A DNA stretch of 64,000 nucleotides, taken from positions 6,263-70,262 of the forward strand of contig JAFXPN010000041.1 of assembly GCA_017527865.1 (NCBI GenBank). The letters run 5' to 3'. Below the pieces are notes generated by a model. That model ran no database searches and was not told where the DNA came from. It saw only the letters and a program-made list of their open reading frames with translations. The stretch's first letter is position 1, and every line of letters starts with the position of its first letter. Origin of the DNA: Clostridiales bacterium. Its GTDB lineage: Bacteria; Bacillota; Clostridia; Saccharofermentanales; Saccharofermentanaceae. The translations under genes were made by a program, and so were the position numbers. Of the stretch, positions 15,984 through 25,125 are shown piece after piece.

Positions 15984-16909
15984 CAGGCAATATCGCGCTT
16001 CTTAACGGCGATCGAACTTAAGACGTATGAGAACGCAAAATACAGAATGGCGCAGACGATCGCCCTTACTACCGTATGCCCGTCAGAGAAGAGGGTCAGG
16101 GAAGCTATGTTTTGTGTCACGGTATAATTGCCGAGATTAAAACCGTCACCGAGAGAGAGCAGTTTCTGCAGGATCAGTGAAGCTACGGACATGATGGTGG
16201 ACAGTATGCCTGCTGACAGAATGATGCCGAGGGTGATCCCTGCCGCCTTTGATCGGGTGAGATGAGTAACCGAAGCAACTATCGAAGTAAACGACACCGT
16301 CAGCAGCCACGTAACGATAAAGTACAATACAAACGATCTGTCTGCCATGAGCCTCACGGAACTTCCCATCAGCGCCATAGAGACGATCGCCATTAACCAG
16401 GTGAACAGGTGGATAAAAAGCGTGTACAAAGCAATAAGCAAAAGCCTGCACCGCATGAGGAGTCCCCTTTTGCCCGCGAAGATATTGAGGTTCTTATCGA
16501 TACCTGTGCTGTAAACGGTTCCTATATAGAGACCGGTAAAGATCGCCAGCAGCAGGAGACTGTAAAGAGACCCCGTATCAAGCGAAAAGACAACTGCAAC
16601 ATCCTGGTTATAGAACGGGCCCTCACCGAGGATCTGTAACGAAGAGGGATCCTCTTCCATCCTCTTGGACGACTCGAGTCCGGCACGGAATCCCGTCATA
16701 AAGCTCTCTTCGAAGCCCTCTGCAGATGTTCCCATCTCTTGGATCGTCTCAACATCCATGGCTGTGTAACCCATAAGGCCGTAGAGATCTATCCTCGTAT
16801 AGATAAAGTTCGTGAGCAGGATCAACCCCGCAAGCACGACTGGAAGGATATAAGTGCACTTCATCTTCCCGATGCGGAACAATTCCGATCTCATCGCTTT
16901 TGCAAACAT
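15983..16909 (-). CDS. ABC-2 type permease (first membrane subunit)
   Basis: 308 aa and polytopic, with a large loop after TM1 as in LanE/G- or BcrB-like immunity permeases. AGGGGGA RBS. Confidence 0.55.
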   Translation of the reverse strand: MFAKAMRSELFRIGKMKCTYILPVVLAGLILLTNFIYTRIDLYGLMGYTAMDVETIQEMGTSAEGFEESFMTGFRAGLESSKRMEEDPSSLQILGEGPFYNQDVAVVFSLDTGSLYSLLLLAIFTGLYIGTVYSTGIDKNLNIFAGKRGLLMRCRLLLIALYTLFIHLFTWLMAIVSMALMGSSVRLMADRSFVLYFIVTWLLTVSFTSIVASVTHLTRSKAAGITLGIILSAGILSTIMSVASLILQKLLSLGDGFNLGNYTVTQNIASLTLFSDGHTVVRAIVCAILYFAFSYVLSSIAVKKRDIA

Positions 16910-16920
16910 AACGATCCCCC

Positions 16921-17856
16921 TTATTGTCCTTTATTCCCTCTGCGTTCACCGGGGATGCTGCCGGTTATCTTCAGGAAGTATTCCTCAAGATCCGACGATT
17001 CAGTTCCGATGGATTCGATCGGTATCCCCTCCTTTGCCAGTTCCATGTTAAGAGCCGATATATCGGAAAGCCCTTCGAAAACATGCAGGACCTTATCGCT
17101 CACAACGCCGTAATCCTTAAGTCCCATCCTGTCTATGACAGGAATGCATGCTGCAACATTCGGGGTCTTGATGACTATCTTATCCCGGCACTTTTCTTTG
17201 AGTTCTTTACTCGTTGACTCTTCGATGATCCTGCCGTGGTCAATGATCGCATAGTCGGTAGCTATCTTGGCAAGTTCTTCGAGTATGTGACTGGAGATCA
17301 GGATAGTAATACCCTTCTCATCGTTAAGCCTCATCAGCATTTCCCTGACTTCTGCAATGCCTTGGGGATCGAGACCGTTTATGGGTTCATCAAGAATGAG
17401 AACATCGGGATCGCCGACAAGCGCGAGCGCGATACCCAGTCTCTGCTTCTGACCAAGCGACAGTCTTCCGGCCTTCTTCTTTCCTGTTTCGGGGATTCCG
17501 ACAAGTTCAAGGAGATCGTTTATGTATTTTCTGTCCCCGATCCCGTATGCCAGACACTTGATCCGTATGTTATCGTATGCCGTAAGATTGGGTTCCAGCG
17601 CCGGAGCTTCTATCAATGCCCCTATCCTCGAATATGCTTCATTTACGCTTCCGTTAAAACCCGTATACTCGAACGAACCGGACGTCGGTCTTGCAAGGCC
17701 GGCGATCATCTTCATTATGGTCGTCTTACCCGCTCCGTTCTTGCCGATAAGCCCGTAGATAGAACCTTTCTTTATATGCAGATTGACGCGGTCAGCCGCT
17801 GTCGTATCCTTGTATTTCTTGGTAAGGTCATGCGTTATGAGCATATAATCTTCCAT
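16921..17856 (-). CDS. ABC transporter ATP-binding protein
   Basis: Walker A GKNGAGKTT, signature LSLGQKQRLGIA, Walker B VLILDEP and an H-loop SSHIL. Confidence 0.9.
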   Translation of the reverse strand: MEDYMLITHDLTKKYKDTTAADRVNLHIKKGSIYGLIGKNGAGKTTIMKMIAGLARPTSGSFEYTGFNGSVNEAYSRIGALIEAPALEPNLTAYDNIRIKCLAYGIGDRKYINDLLELVGIPETGKKKAGRLSLGQKQRLGIALALVGDPDVLILDEPINGLDPQGIAEVREMLMRLNDEKGITILISSHILEELAKIATDYAIIDHGRIIEESTSKELKEKCRDKIVIKTPNVAACIPVIDRMGLKDYGVVSDKVLHVFEGLSDISALNMELAKEGIPIESIGTESSDLEEYFLKITGSIPGERRGNKGQ

Positions 17857-17953
17857 AAGATACCTCGCATGTTTATTCTGTCGGATATAATATTATCCCA
17901 CGCATCATGAGGTTTGAGGGCAAAATTAGGTTAAGACTTGGTTAAGAAATCCG

Positions 17954-18667
17954 TCAGTTCTGCTTATGCAGCCTGAACCCTACTCCCCAGATCGTATCGA
18001 TATACTCGTCTTCGGTAAGCTTCTTGATCTTGGTTCTTATGTTGCTTATGTGAACATTTATCGTCTTATCCTCGCCGATATAGACGTCGTTCCAGGCATA
18101 TTCATAGATCTCGCGCTTGGAGAAGACCTTGCCCGGGAACTTAAGGAACAGTTCCATTATCTTGAATTCCTGGCGGGTAAGTCCTATATCGCTGCCTTTC
18201 ACGGTTACCGAATAGGTCTCGGGATCAAGTTCCAGATCCATAAAGCTTATCGCCTTTGCTTCAGAAGAAGCGGCATCCTGCCCGGGATTCGCGCTCTTTC
18301 TCAGCTGCACATCCACCCTTGCGATCAATTCCTTCAATTCAAAAGGTTTGCCGATAAAGTCATCGGCTCCCGATGTAAGAAGATTGACCTTTGAATCGAC
18401 ATGACTCTTGGCTGAGACTATGATAACGGGAACCTGCGATACCTCCCTGATCCGTCTCGTCAGTTCTTCTCCCGTCATTCCCGGCATCATGAGGTCGAGC
18501 AGCACCAGATCGAACTTATCGGATTTGAACATCGCAAGCCCTTCCGTTCCCGAGAACGCCTGGACCGGATTCAGCCCGTGCTTGGAAAGAGCTTCTCTTA
18601 TGAGATTGTTTATGTTGTCATCATCCTCGACTATAAGGACTCTCGGCGCATTTACATCCATGGTCAT
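17954..18667 (-). CDS. OmpR-family response regulator
   Basis: The REC domain has VLIVEDDD and DLVLLDLMMPGMTG. The winged-helix C-terminus has LTRQEFKIMELFL and TINVHISNIRTKI. Confidence 0.9.
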   Translation of the reverse strand: MTMDVNAPRVLIVEDDDNINNLIREALSKHGLNPVQAFSGTEGLAMFKSDKFDLVLLDLMMPGMTGEELTRRIREVSQVPVIIVSAKSHVDSKVNLLTSGADDFIGKPFELKELIARVDVQLRKSANPGQDAASSEAKAISFMDLELDPETYSVTVKGSDIGLTRQEFKIMELFLKFPGKVFSKREIYEYAWNDVYIGEDKTINVHISNIRTKIKKLTEDEYIDTIWGVGFRLHKQN

Positions 18668-19833
18668 GACTCCGCTGAAGCATCGGACAGTACCGCATGC
18701 TTTATCTCAATGTCTGCACTTCTTAATTCCCTTATAAGCATATCAGGATCAAATGCAGTCGGCGTAAACACACCGCTCTTAAGCCATTTCCCGGCGATCA
18801 TGAGCTTGATGCCCGCAAGAATGGCGCAGGCATCGAACAGTTTCATCGCAGGCATCTTATAATCATCCTGACTCTTTTTGTTGTCACCGATAAAGTAGAT
18901 GAATTCCCGCAGCGCAGAACCGCTCTTTGTGCCGGTCAGGGTAACGCCCGCGCCGCACACCCTTCCGAGAGCTTTGCCTGCTGCCGCCGTCTTCTGGTTC
19001 TGATACAGTTCCCAGAATCTTCTCGGAGAGAGTGTGACTCCCGGAAAGATCTCGACAGGCTCATCCGACAGCATCCCGATCTTATTAAGTTCTTCCGTAT
19101 AATCCGGCAATTCGGTTACATCACAGGAAACATAACAGCGGACTTCGGTAATGCCGGGGATCTCCTTGATATAATCCCGAACGACCGGCCGGTCAGAAAG
19201 AAAGAGGTTCATCCCGGCAAAAGGCTCAAACGAATCCCCCGCGGATATCTTCTCCGACAAAGCCGGACAGGACGCCTGCTTTCCGCCGGTGATATATACC
19301 GCGTCACTTTTCACGTCAAGGTCTTCAATGAGATTGATCTCGTAGAATTCCGCGCTGTCGACCGAATCAAAATCATCCCTCGCCGCCTGTCTTGCGATCG
19401 AAGTCAATATGGCAGGATCTGTACAGCATCCCGTTATGGCTGCCTTATTCTTTTCCCTGAACTGCCCGAAAAGGCTGAACTGTTCAGCCAGCAGATCGCC
19501 GTCTCTCCAATTGTATAGATTGCCGTCTATATAATCCGCATCGTTTTCCAGAGCCAGCTTCATGACGGTCAGACTGAACTTCTCGGGGATGAGATTGACG
19601 ATAAGATCGGGATTAACTATGGAGAGCATCATCCTGGTTCCCTGTTCGTTATCAAGATCGACCCTCGCGGTAGTTATCCTTGTCTTTCCGCCCGAATACA
19701 GCTTCTTGAATTCGTCGCATTCGGCCTTGTCCCGCGATGCGATTATTATCTCCTCTACCGCCGGAGCCACAAGGAGTTTGGGAACGATATATTCGGTTAT
19801 GCCGTTACAACCTAATATAAGTACTTTCTTCAT
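18664..19833 (-). CDS. Saccharopine dehydrogenase / carboxynorspermidine dehydrogenase-like protein with degenerate dinucleotide-binding motif
   Basis: 389 aa. By eye it is collinear with CANSDH-type proteins (PDLIVNLIP, ITGCCTDPAILTSIA, IGMLSDEPVEI, GVFTPTAFDPDML). The GxGxxG position reads GCNGIT. ATGA overlap with the response-regulator gene. Confidence 0.55.
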   Translation of the reverse strand: MKKVLILGCNGITEYIVPKLLVAPAVEEIIIASRDKAECDEFKKLYSGGKTRITTARVDLDNEQGTRMMLSIVNPDLIVNLIPEKFSLTVMKLALENDADYIDGNLYNWRDGDLLAEQFSLFGQFREKNKAAITGCCTDPAILTSIARQAARDDFDSVDSAEFYEINLIEDLDVKSDAVYITGGKQASCPALSEKISAGDSFEPFAGMNLFLSDRPVVRDYIKEIPGITEVRCYVSCDVTELPDYTEELNKIGMLSDEPVEIFPGVTLSPRRFWELYQNQKTAAAGKALGRVCGAGVTLTGTKSGSALREFIYFIGDNKKSQDDYKMPAMKLFDACAILAGIKLMIAGKWLKSGVFTPTAFDPDMLIRELRSADIEIKHAVLSDASAES

Positions 19834-19863
19834 AAGAACCCTTCATATAATTATTAACGCGAC

Positions 19864-19872
19864 ATTATAACA
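19864..19872 (-). promoter_or_regulatory. Extended -10 promoter (TGtTATAAT) for the 18664-19833 gene and downstream operon
   Basis: The minus strand reads TGTTATAAT about 30 nt upstream of the ATG at 19833, directly after the terminator of the preceding gene. Confidence 0.45.
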
Positions 19873-19874
19873 TT

Positions 19875-19898
19875 AAAAGGCGCCGCTTGTGCGACGCC
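19875..19898 (-). terminator. Rho-independent terminator of the uracil/xanthine permease gene
   Basis: The minus-strand RNA reads GGCGUCGC-ACAA-GCGGCGCC followed by UUUU. This is an 8-bp stem with one G.U pair. On the plus strand the same position is a C.A mismatch, which argues for minus-strand function. Confidence 0.7.
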
Positions 19899-19921
19899 CG
19901 TTAAATAAAATTCAGTTATTA

Positions 19922-21271
19922 TCAGGATTTCTTCCCGGATTTCCTGTTTACTGCCTCGTCATCCTCGTTGACCTGGTCCTTGTTAAGACCCTTGTATTCC
20001 TTTTCCTCGAGAGGAAGAAGGGCATTAAGGACGATACCGACCAGAGCACCGACCGCAAGTCCCGACAAAGAGATCGTAACGGAACCGATGGCAAATGATA
20101 CCGACCCCGAATAATTGATGCCGATGGACAGGCCGAGGATCAATGCCGCGATGATAAGGTTGCGGCTCCTGGACAGATCGACCTGATTCTCAACGAGATT
20201 CCTTACGCCGACAGCTGAGATCATGCCGTACAGAACAATGGAAACACCGCCGATAGTAGCAGCCGGCATGGATGAGATCAGAGCGGCAAACTTGGGACTG
20301 AATGATATTACTGCGGCAAACAGCGCAGCGATCCTTATGACCGCGGGATCATAGACCTTTGTAAGCGAGAGAACTCCCGTATTCTCGCCGTATGTCGTAT
20401 TTGCGGGAGCGCCGAACAGAGAAGCCAGGATAGTGGCAAGACCGTCACCTGTAAGAGTACGGTGAAGTCCGGGTTCTTCGATAAAGTTCCTGCCTGTCGT
20501 TGAGGAAATGGCGGAAATATCACCGATATGCTCGACCATCGTAGCGAGCGCGATCGGCATGATAGTGATCACCGCAGTGATCATAAGAGACTTATCTGCG
20601 CCGTTAAACAGAGAGAACACCGTATCCTGCATCTGGAAAGGAAGACCTATCCATGAAGCTTCTTTTACTGCCGTGAAATCGACTTCGCCCACGAACGCGG
20701 CAAGAAGATAGGAGCAGATTACACCGAGGATTATCGGAACGATCTTGACCATGCCTCTGCCGTAGATATTGCAGATAATGACAACGAGGATAGCTATAAG
20801 TGCAACGCCCCAGTTTGTCTTGCAGTTGTCGATAGCCGACTTGCTCAAAGTAAGACCGATAGCAATGATGATGGGGCCCGTCACGATCGGAGGGAAAAAG
20901 CGCATTACTTTCTTTTGACCGAATACCTTGATCAAAGCGGCAAGGAACAGATAGAGAAGACCCGCTGCCGCAACGCCGAGACAGGCATAAGGGAGCAATT
21001 CACGTTCTCCGTTGGGAGCAATGGCAGCATAACCGCCGATAAAAGCGAATGACGATCCAAGGAAAGCCGGAACCTTGCCCTTGGTAAGGAAGTGGAACAA
21101 TAAAGTTCCAAGACCCGCAAACAAAAGAGTTGCCGATACTGAAAGCCCGGTAAGGGCAGGTACGAGCACCGTTGCGCCGAACATGGCGAACATGTGCTGT
21201 AATCCGAGAACGATCATTCTCGGGATCCCGAGTTGTTTTGCATCATAGATGCCGTCAGTTTTGTCACCCAT
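19922..21271 (-). CDS. NCS2-family nucleobase permease (uracil/xanthine permease type)
   Basis: 449 aa and polytopic. It has the N-terminal signature LGLQHMFAMFGATVLVP and the NCS2 motif region APANTTYGENTGVL. Confidence 0.85.
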   Translation of the reverse strand: MGDKTDGIYDAKQLGIPRMIVLGLQHMFAMFGATVLVPALTGLSVSATLLFAGLGTLLFHFLTKGKVPAFLGSSFAFIGGYAAIAPNGERELLPYACLGVAAAGLLYLFLAALIKVFGQKKVMRFFPPIVTGPIIIAIGLTLSKSAIDNCKTNWGVALIAILVVIICNIYGRGMVKIVPIILGVICSYLLAAFVGEVDFTAVKEASWIGLPFQMQDTVFSLFNGADKSLMITAVITIMPIALATMVEHIGDISAISSTTGRNFIEEPGLHRTLTGDGLATILASLFGAPANTTYGENTGVLSLTKVYDPAVIRIAALFAAVISFSPKFAALISSMPAATIGGVSIVLYGMISAVGVRNLVENQVDLSRSRNLIIAALILGLSIGINYSGSVSFAIGSVTISLSGLAVGALVGIVLNALLPLEEKEYKGLNKDQVNEDDEAVNRKSGKKS

Positions 21272-21335
21272 AACGATCCTCCGAAATATAACTTAAATTT
21301 TATCTTTAAGAATATAAAACAACATACTGAATATA

Positions 21336-21878
21336 TCAACTGCCGAGAGTCGCATCATAAGACTCGAGATAATCCTCACCCTTCTGCACCTCGGAAAAAG
21401 ACAGTCCGGGGTAGCCTTTCTGTCTTAAGCACTCATATATTGCTATAGCCGCGGCATTGGACAGATTGAGGCTCCGGCATTCCGATGCCATAGGGATTCT
21501 GAAACACCGCTCAAGATTATCCTTCAGTATGTCCTTCGGGATCCCGGTGCTCTCCTTGCCGAAGATAAGATATATGTTCCGGTCTTCGGGTATTCCGCAG
21601 AAGTCTATATCCGAGGGCGGAACCTTACCGTACCTCGTCATGAAAAAATACTCGCCGGGATTGCTCTGCCTGAAGTCCTCGTACGAATCATACAGCGAGT
21701 ACTCCGCCCAGGTAATGTGATTAGTCGTCGACCGTCTGAACTTGGGATTATCGATATCGAACCCCAGCGGTTTGATAAGGTGCAAAGAGAAACCGGCAGC
21801 AACGCAGGTCCTCATGATGTTTCCCGTATTCTGCGGGATCTCAGGTTCAAAGAGCACGACGTTAAGTCTTCCCGTCAT
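21336..21878 (-). CDS. trmL: tRNA (cytidine/uridine-2'-O)-methyltransferase TrmL (SpoU/TrmH family)
   Basis: Motifs are NVVLFEPEIPQNTGNIMRTC, LIFGKESTGIP and IPMASECRSLNLSNAAAIAIYE. ATGA overlap with the upstream gene. Confidence 0.8.
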   Translation of the reverse strand: MTGRLNVVLFEPEIPQNTGNIMRTCVAAGFSLHLIKPLGFDIDNPKFRRSTTNHITWAEYSLYDSYEDFRQSNPGEYFFMTRYGKVPPSDIDFCGIPEDRNIYLIFGKESTGIPKDILKDNLERCFRIPMASECRSLNLSNAAAIAIYECLRQKGYPGLSFSEVQKGEDYLESYDATLGS

Positions 21879-23542
21879 TTCTTAACGCGTACCTGCCTTA
21901 ATTCCGTTACATTCTCCTGAGCCTCCGCGATATTGAGCATATGGTCGCCCAGACGTTCAAAATCCGTCAGCATCTCCGAATAGATGACGCAGGCCTCGCC
22001 GCTGCAGATCCCCGTCTTCATGCGGTCGAGCTGATTGAGTCTGTACTGATCCGTCATATCATCGATCTTCTGTTCCGCCTTGGCCACCTTTATCTGAAGA
22101 TCTCCCGTGGTATCGTTCTTGATCGTATCAACTGTCTTTCCGATGATCTCTATCATCGACTTGACTTCTGCCTGTGCATACTCGGACAGCTGGAGGCCCT
22201 TATCCTGCAGCATTTTGGCATAGCCTGCGATGTTCGTGGCGTGATCGCCCATCCTCTCTATGTTGCCCGTTATCTTGAACAGTGAGGAATACGCCATGGC
22301 CTCACTCTCCGTAAGATCGAGCATAAGGAAGTGCGAGATGTAATAGGATATCTCTTTATTAAGATAATCCACGTATTCCTCGGATTCATCTATCTCCTTC
22401 TGGACCTTCTCGCTGTTCTCAAGGACCGCGCCGAGACTTCTGGATACATTGTCAGAAGCTTTGTCGAACATTCGCGTTATCTCATTCGCGACTGCCGTAA
22501 GATATACCATTGATCCTGCGATCTGGAAGTCCGGACGAAGCATCGCGGGGTTCAGGAACTCCAGATACTGCTGACCTTCCTTCTCGGATTCGTCACCCGG
22601 TACCATCATATTCACGAGCCTGACGATAAGATCGCCCGCAGGTAGCAGGATTATGGTGCCTATGAGATTAAATGCAAGATGGAAATTTGCAAACTGTCTT
22701 GCAACATCATTGGGAGAGAGCATCCTGATCCATTCGGCAACAGGCAGAAACAGAGCGGCAGCCGTAAAGATAATGGTGCCCAGCACATTGAAAAGGAGAT
22801 GCATCAGCGCCGCCCTTACGGCCATCTTGGTAGTTCCTATGGAAGAAAGCAATGCCGTCACACAGGTTCCTATATTAAAACCCATTATGATATACATCGC
22901 ATGCTCAAGATCGATCGCGCCTGCACCCGCGGCCGCCATAGCCAAAGCCTGAAGCACACCTACGGCGGCAGCCGAACTCGATATGATGTTTACGAAAATG
23001 ATTCCGACGAGTATTCCGAGGAGCGGGTTGTTCATATGGGACAGCAGTCCCGTGAGTCTGGGATCTGCTGCATAAGGCTGCATGGCAGACTTCATTATAT
23101 TCATGGAAATGAATATAAAGCCAAGACCGGTCACTATCTCACCTATGCTCTTGAACTTCTTGTTCTTTGTGAATATAACTACGAATACGCCGATAACGGC
23201 AAGGATGGGAGCGAATTCCCCTATATCGAATGCAATAAGCTGTGAAGTGATATTTGTACCTATGTTGGCGCCCATTATTATCCAGAGCGCCTGGTGAAGA
23301 TTGAGAAGACCGGCATTGACAAATCCTATGACCATGACCGTCACTGCGGTCGATGACTGTATAAGGGCGGTGACACCCGCGCCGACGGCTACACCTTTGA
23401 CTCTGTTGTCAGTAAGCTTCTGAAGGACGCCTTTAAGTTTATTGCCGGCCACAGCCTCAAGACCGCCGCTCGTCATCTTCATTGAATACATAAAAATGGC
23501 AAGACCGGACAGGAGACTTAATATGCTTGTAAACAGTTCCAT
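21875..23542 (-). CDS. Na/Pi cotransporter family protein with C-terminal PhoU-like repeats
   Basis: 555 aa. The N-terminal ~330 aa are polytopic, with duplicated QSSTAVTVMV-type and SSSAAAVG-type motifs. The C-terminus has two PhoU-like helical repeats (ERMGDHATNI and ERLGDHMLNI). Confidence 0.8.
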   Translation of the reverse strand: MELFTSILSLLSGLAIFMYSMKMTSGGLEAVAGNKLKGVLQKLTDNRVKGVAVGAGVTALIQSSTAVTVMVIGFVNAGLLNLHQALWIIMGANIGTNITSQLIAFDIGEFAPILAVIGVFVVIFTKNKKFKSIGEIVTGLGFIFISMNIMKSAMQPYAADPRLTGLLSHMNNPLLGILVGIIFVNIISSSAAAVGVLQALAMAAAGAGAIDLEHAMYIIMGFNIGTCVTALLSSIGTTKMAVRAALMHLLFNVLGTIIFTAAALFLPVAEWIRMLSPNDVARQFANFHLAFNLIGTIILLPAGDLIVRLVNMMVPGDESEKEGQQYLEFLNPAMLRPDFQIAGSMVYLTAVANEITRMFDKASDNVSRSLGAVLENSEKVQKEIDESEEYVDYLNKEISYYISHFLMLDLTESEAMAYSSLFKITGNIERMGDHATNIAGYAKMLQDKGLQLSEYAQAEVKSMIEIIGKTVDTIKNDTTGDLQIKVAKAEQKIDDMTDQYRLNQLDRMKTGICSGEACVIYSEMLTDFERLGDHMLNIAEAQENVTELRQVRVKK

Positions 23543-23685
23543 GCCTTATTATTTCCTCATTGATCTTCCTTAATCTACCTTAATCATAAACTCGCTTAAT
23601 GGTACTGTCAAAGTCAAATTTCCATTATATAGAGCTGTATCTATATGATGTGATTCAAGCCCCGGTTTACGGGTTTTGCTGCGCA

Positions 23686-25122
23686 TCAGCGTTTGTAAAG
23701 GCTGGGAGAGAACAACAAAAGCATCGGGAAAAGCTCGAGACGGCCGGCGAGCATATCGAAGATCAAAGTCCACTTGGAAAGCGCGCTTAAGAATCCGTAA
23801 TTGCAGGTCGCGCCGACACGGGAAAGTCCGGGACCGATATTGTTGAAAGTCGCGAGCACGGAAGTAAAAGTCGTGGTCATATCGAGATTATCAAATGAAA
23901 CGATAAACATCGACAGAATAAAGACAACGGCGTAAGCCGCGAGGAAAACGTGCGTCGACCTTAACACATCGTTGTCTATGATCTTGCCGTCCATCTTCAC
24001 TCCTTTGACGATCTTGGGATGAACATAGGACTGGACCTCTCTTACGAATGATTTCCAGAGTATCATGAGCCTGGATACCTTGACGCCGCCGCCCGTGGAA
24101 CCCGCGCATGCTCCCATGAACATCAGAAAGCACATTACAAACTTCGCTGTCGTCGGCCACGCATCAAAATCGGCAGAGCCGTATCCTGTAGTCGAGACGA
24201 CCGAGGCAGCCTGGAAGAATGCATCGGTCAGAGCCGTTATCGCATTCTCATACAAAGGCAGGATCTTCGCAAATATCACCGCAATCGACACGGCAACGAT
24301 AGCGAGGAACGTCTTGACCTCCTCCAGGGAGACCGCCTTTTTGAACTGCTTCATGATGATATAGTAATATGCATTGAAATTTATGCCGAACAGCAGCATG
24401 AATACTCCCACGACCCAGCGGATATAGAGACTGTAGCTCATAAAGCTGTCATTTCTGACCGCGAATCCTCCGGTTCCGGCCGTTCCGAACGCAAGACACA
24501 GAGAATCAAAGACACTGAGACCTCCGAACAAAAGGAAGATCGTCTCGATAACGGTCATAGCCAAATAGATTATATAAAGGATCATCGCCGTTGATCTTAT
24601 CTTGGGAACGAGCTTGCCTACAGAAGGTCCGGGGGACTCCGCCTTCATGAGATTGATATTCGAGCCTCCGCTCATCGGGATAAGCGCAAGAAGGAATACA
24701 AGAACGCCCATGCCTCCGATCCAGTGTGTAAACGATCTCCAGAACAAAGCCGTATGGGAAAGGCTCTCCACTTCGGAAAGAATGCTCGCCCCGGTGGTCG
24801 TAAAACCCGACACGGTCTCGAACACGGCATCGGTAAAAGACGGTATCTCGTGGGACAGATAAAGAGGAAGGCAGCCGAACAGGCTCATCACGATCCATGA
24901 AAGGCCTGTTGAAGCATAACCTTCTTTAACGTTTATATTCTGATTCTTCGGCCGGAATCTGCATCCGATAAAGCCTGCTGTGATGAGAAAGGCTGCCACG
25001 ATGAAATACCACAGTCCCTCGCTGTCCCCGTATATCAATGAGACCGCGCAAGGCAGGAGCATAAGTATCCCTTCGATCCGCATCACCTGAAACAGGATAA
25101 ATCTCACTACGGAAAGATTCAT
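23686..25122 (-). CDS. trkH: TrkH/KtrB-family K+ uptake membrane subunit
   Basis: 478 aa with repeated pore-loop motifs (SGFTTTGAS, GTAGTGGF, VVSTTGYG, TFNNIGPG). Confidence 0.85.
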   Translation of the reverse strand: MNLSVVRFILFQVMRIEGILMLLPCAVSLIYGDSEGLWYFIVAAFLITAGFIGCRFRPKNQNINVKEGYASTGLSWIVMSLFGCLPLYLSHEIPSFTDAVFETVSGFTTTGASILSEVESLSHTALFWRSFTHWIGGMGVLVFLLALIPMSGGSNINLMKAESPGPSVGKLVPKIRSTAMILYIIYLAMTVIETIFLLFGGLSVFDSLCLAFGTAGTGGFAVRNDSFMSYSLYIRWVVGVFMLLFGINFNAYYYIIMKQFKKAVSLEEVKTFLAIVAVSIAVIFAKILPLYENAITALTDAFFQAASVVSTTGYGSADFDAWPTTAKFVMCFLMFMGACAGSTGGGVKVSRLMILWKSFVREVQSYVHPKIVKGVKMDGKIIDNDVLRSTHVFLAAYAVVFILSMFIVSFDNLDMTTTFTSVLATFNNIGPGLSRVGATCNYGFLSALSKWTLIFDMLAGRLELFPMLLLFSPSLYKR

Positions 25123-25125
25123 GAT

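Noticed and set aside
23655-23680. A possible terminator hairpin (CCCG-GTTTA-CGGG followed by TTTT) after trkH.
   Set aside because: The stem is only 4-5 bp, and the T-run is on the plus strand whereas the upstream gene is on the minus strand.
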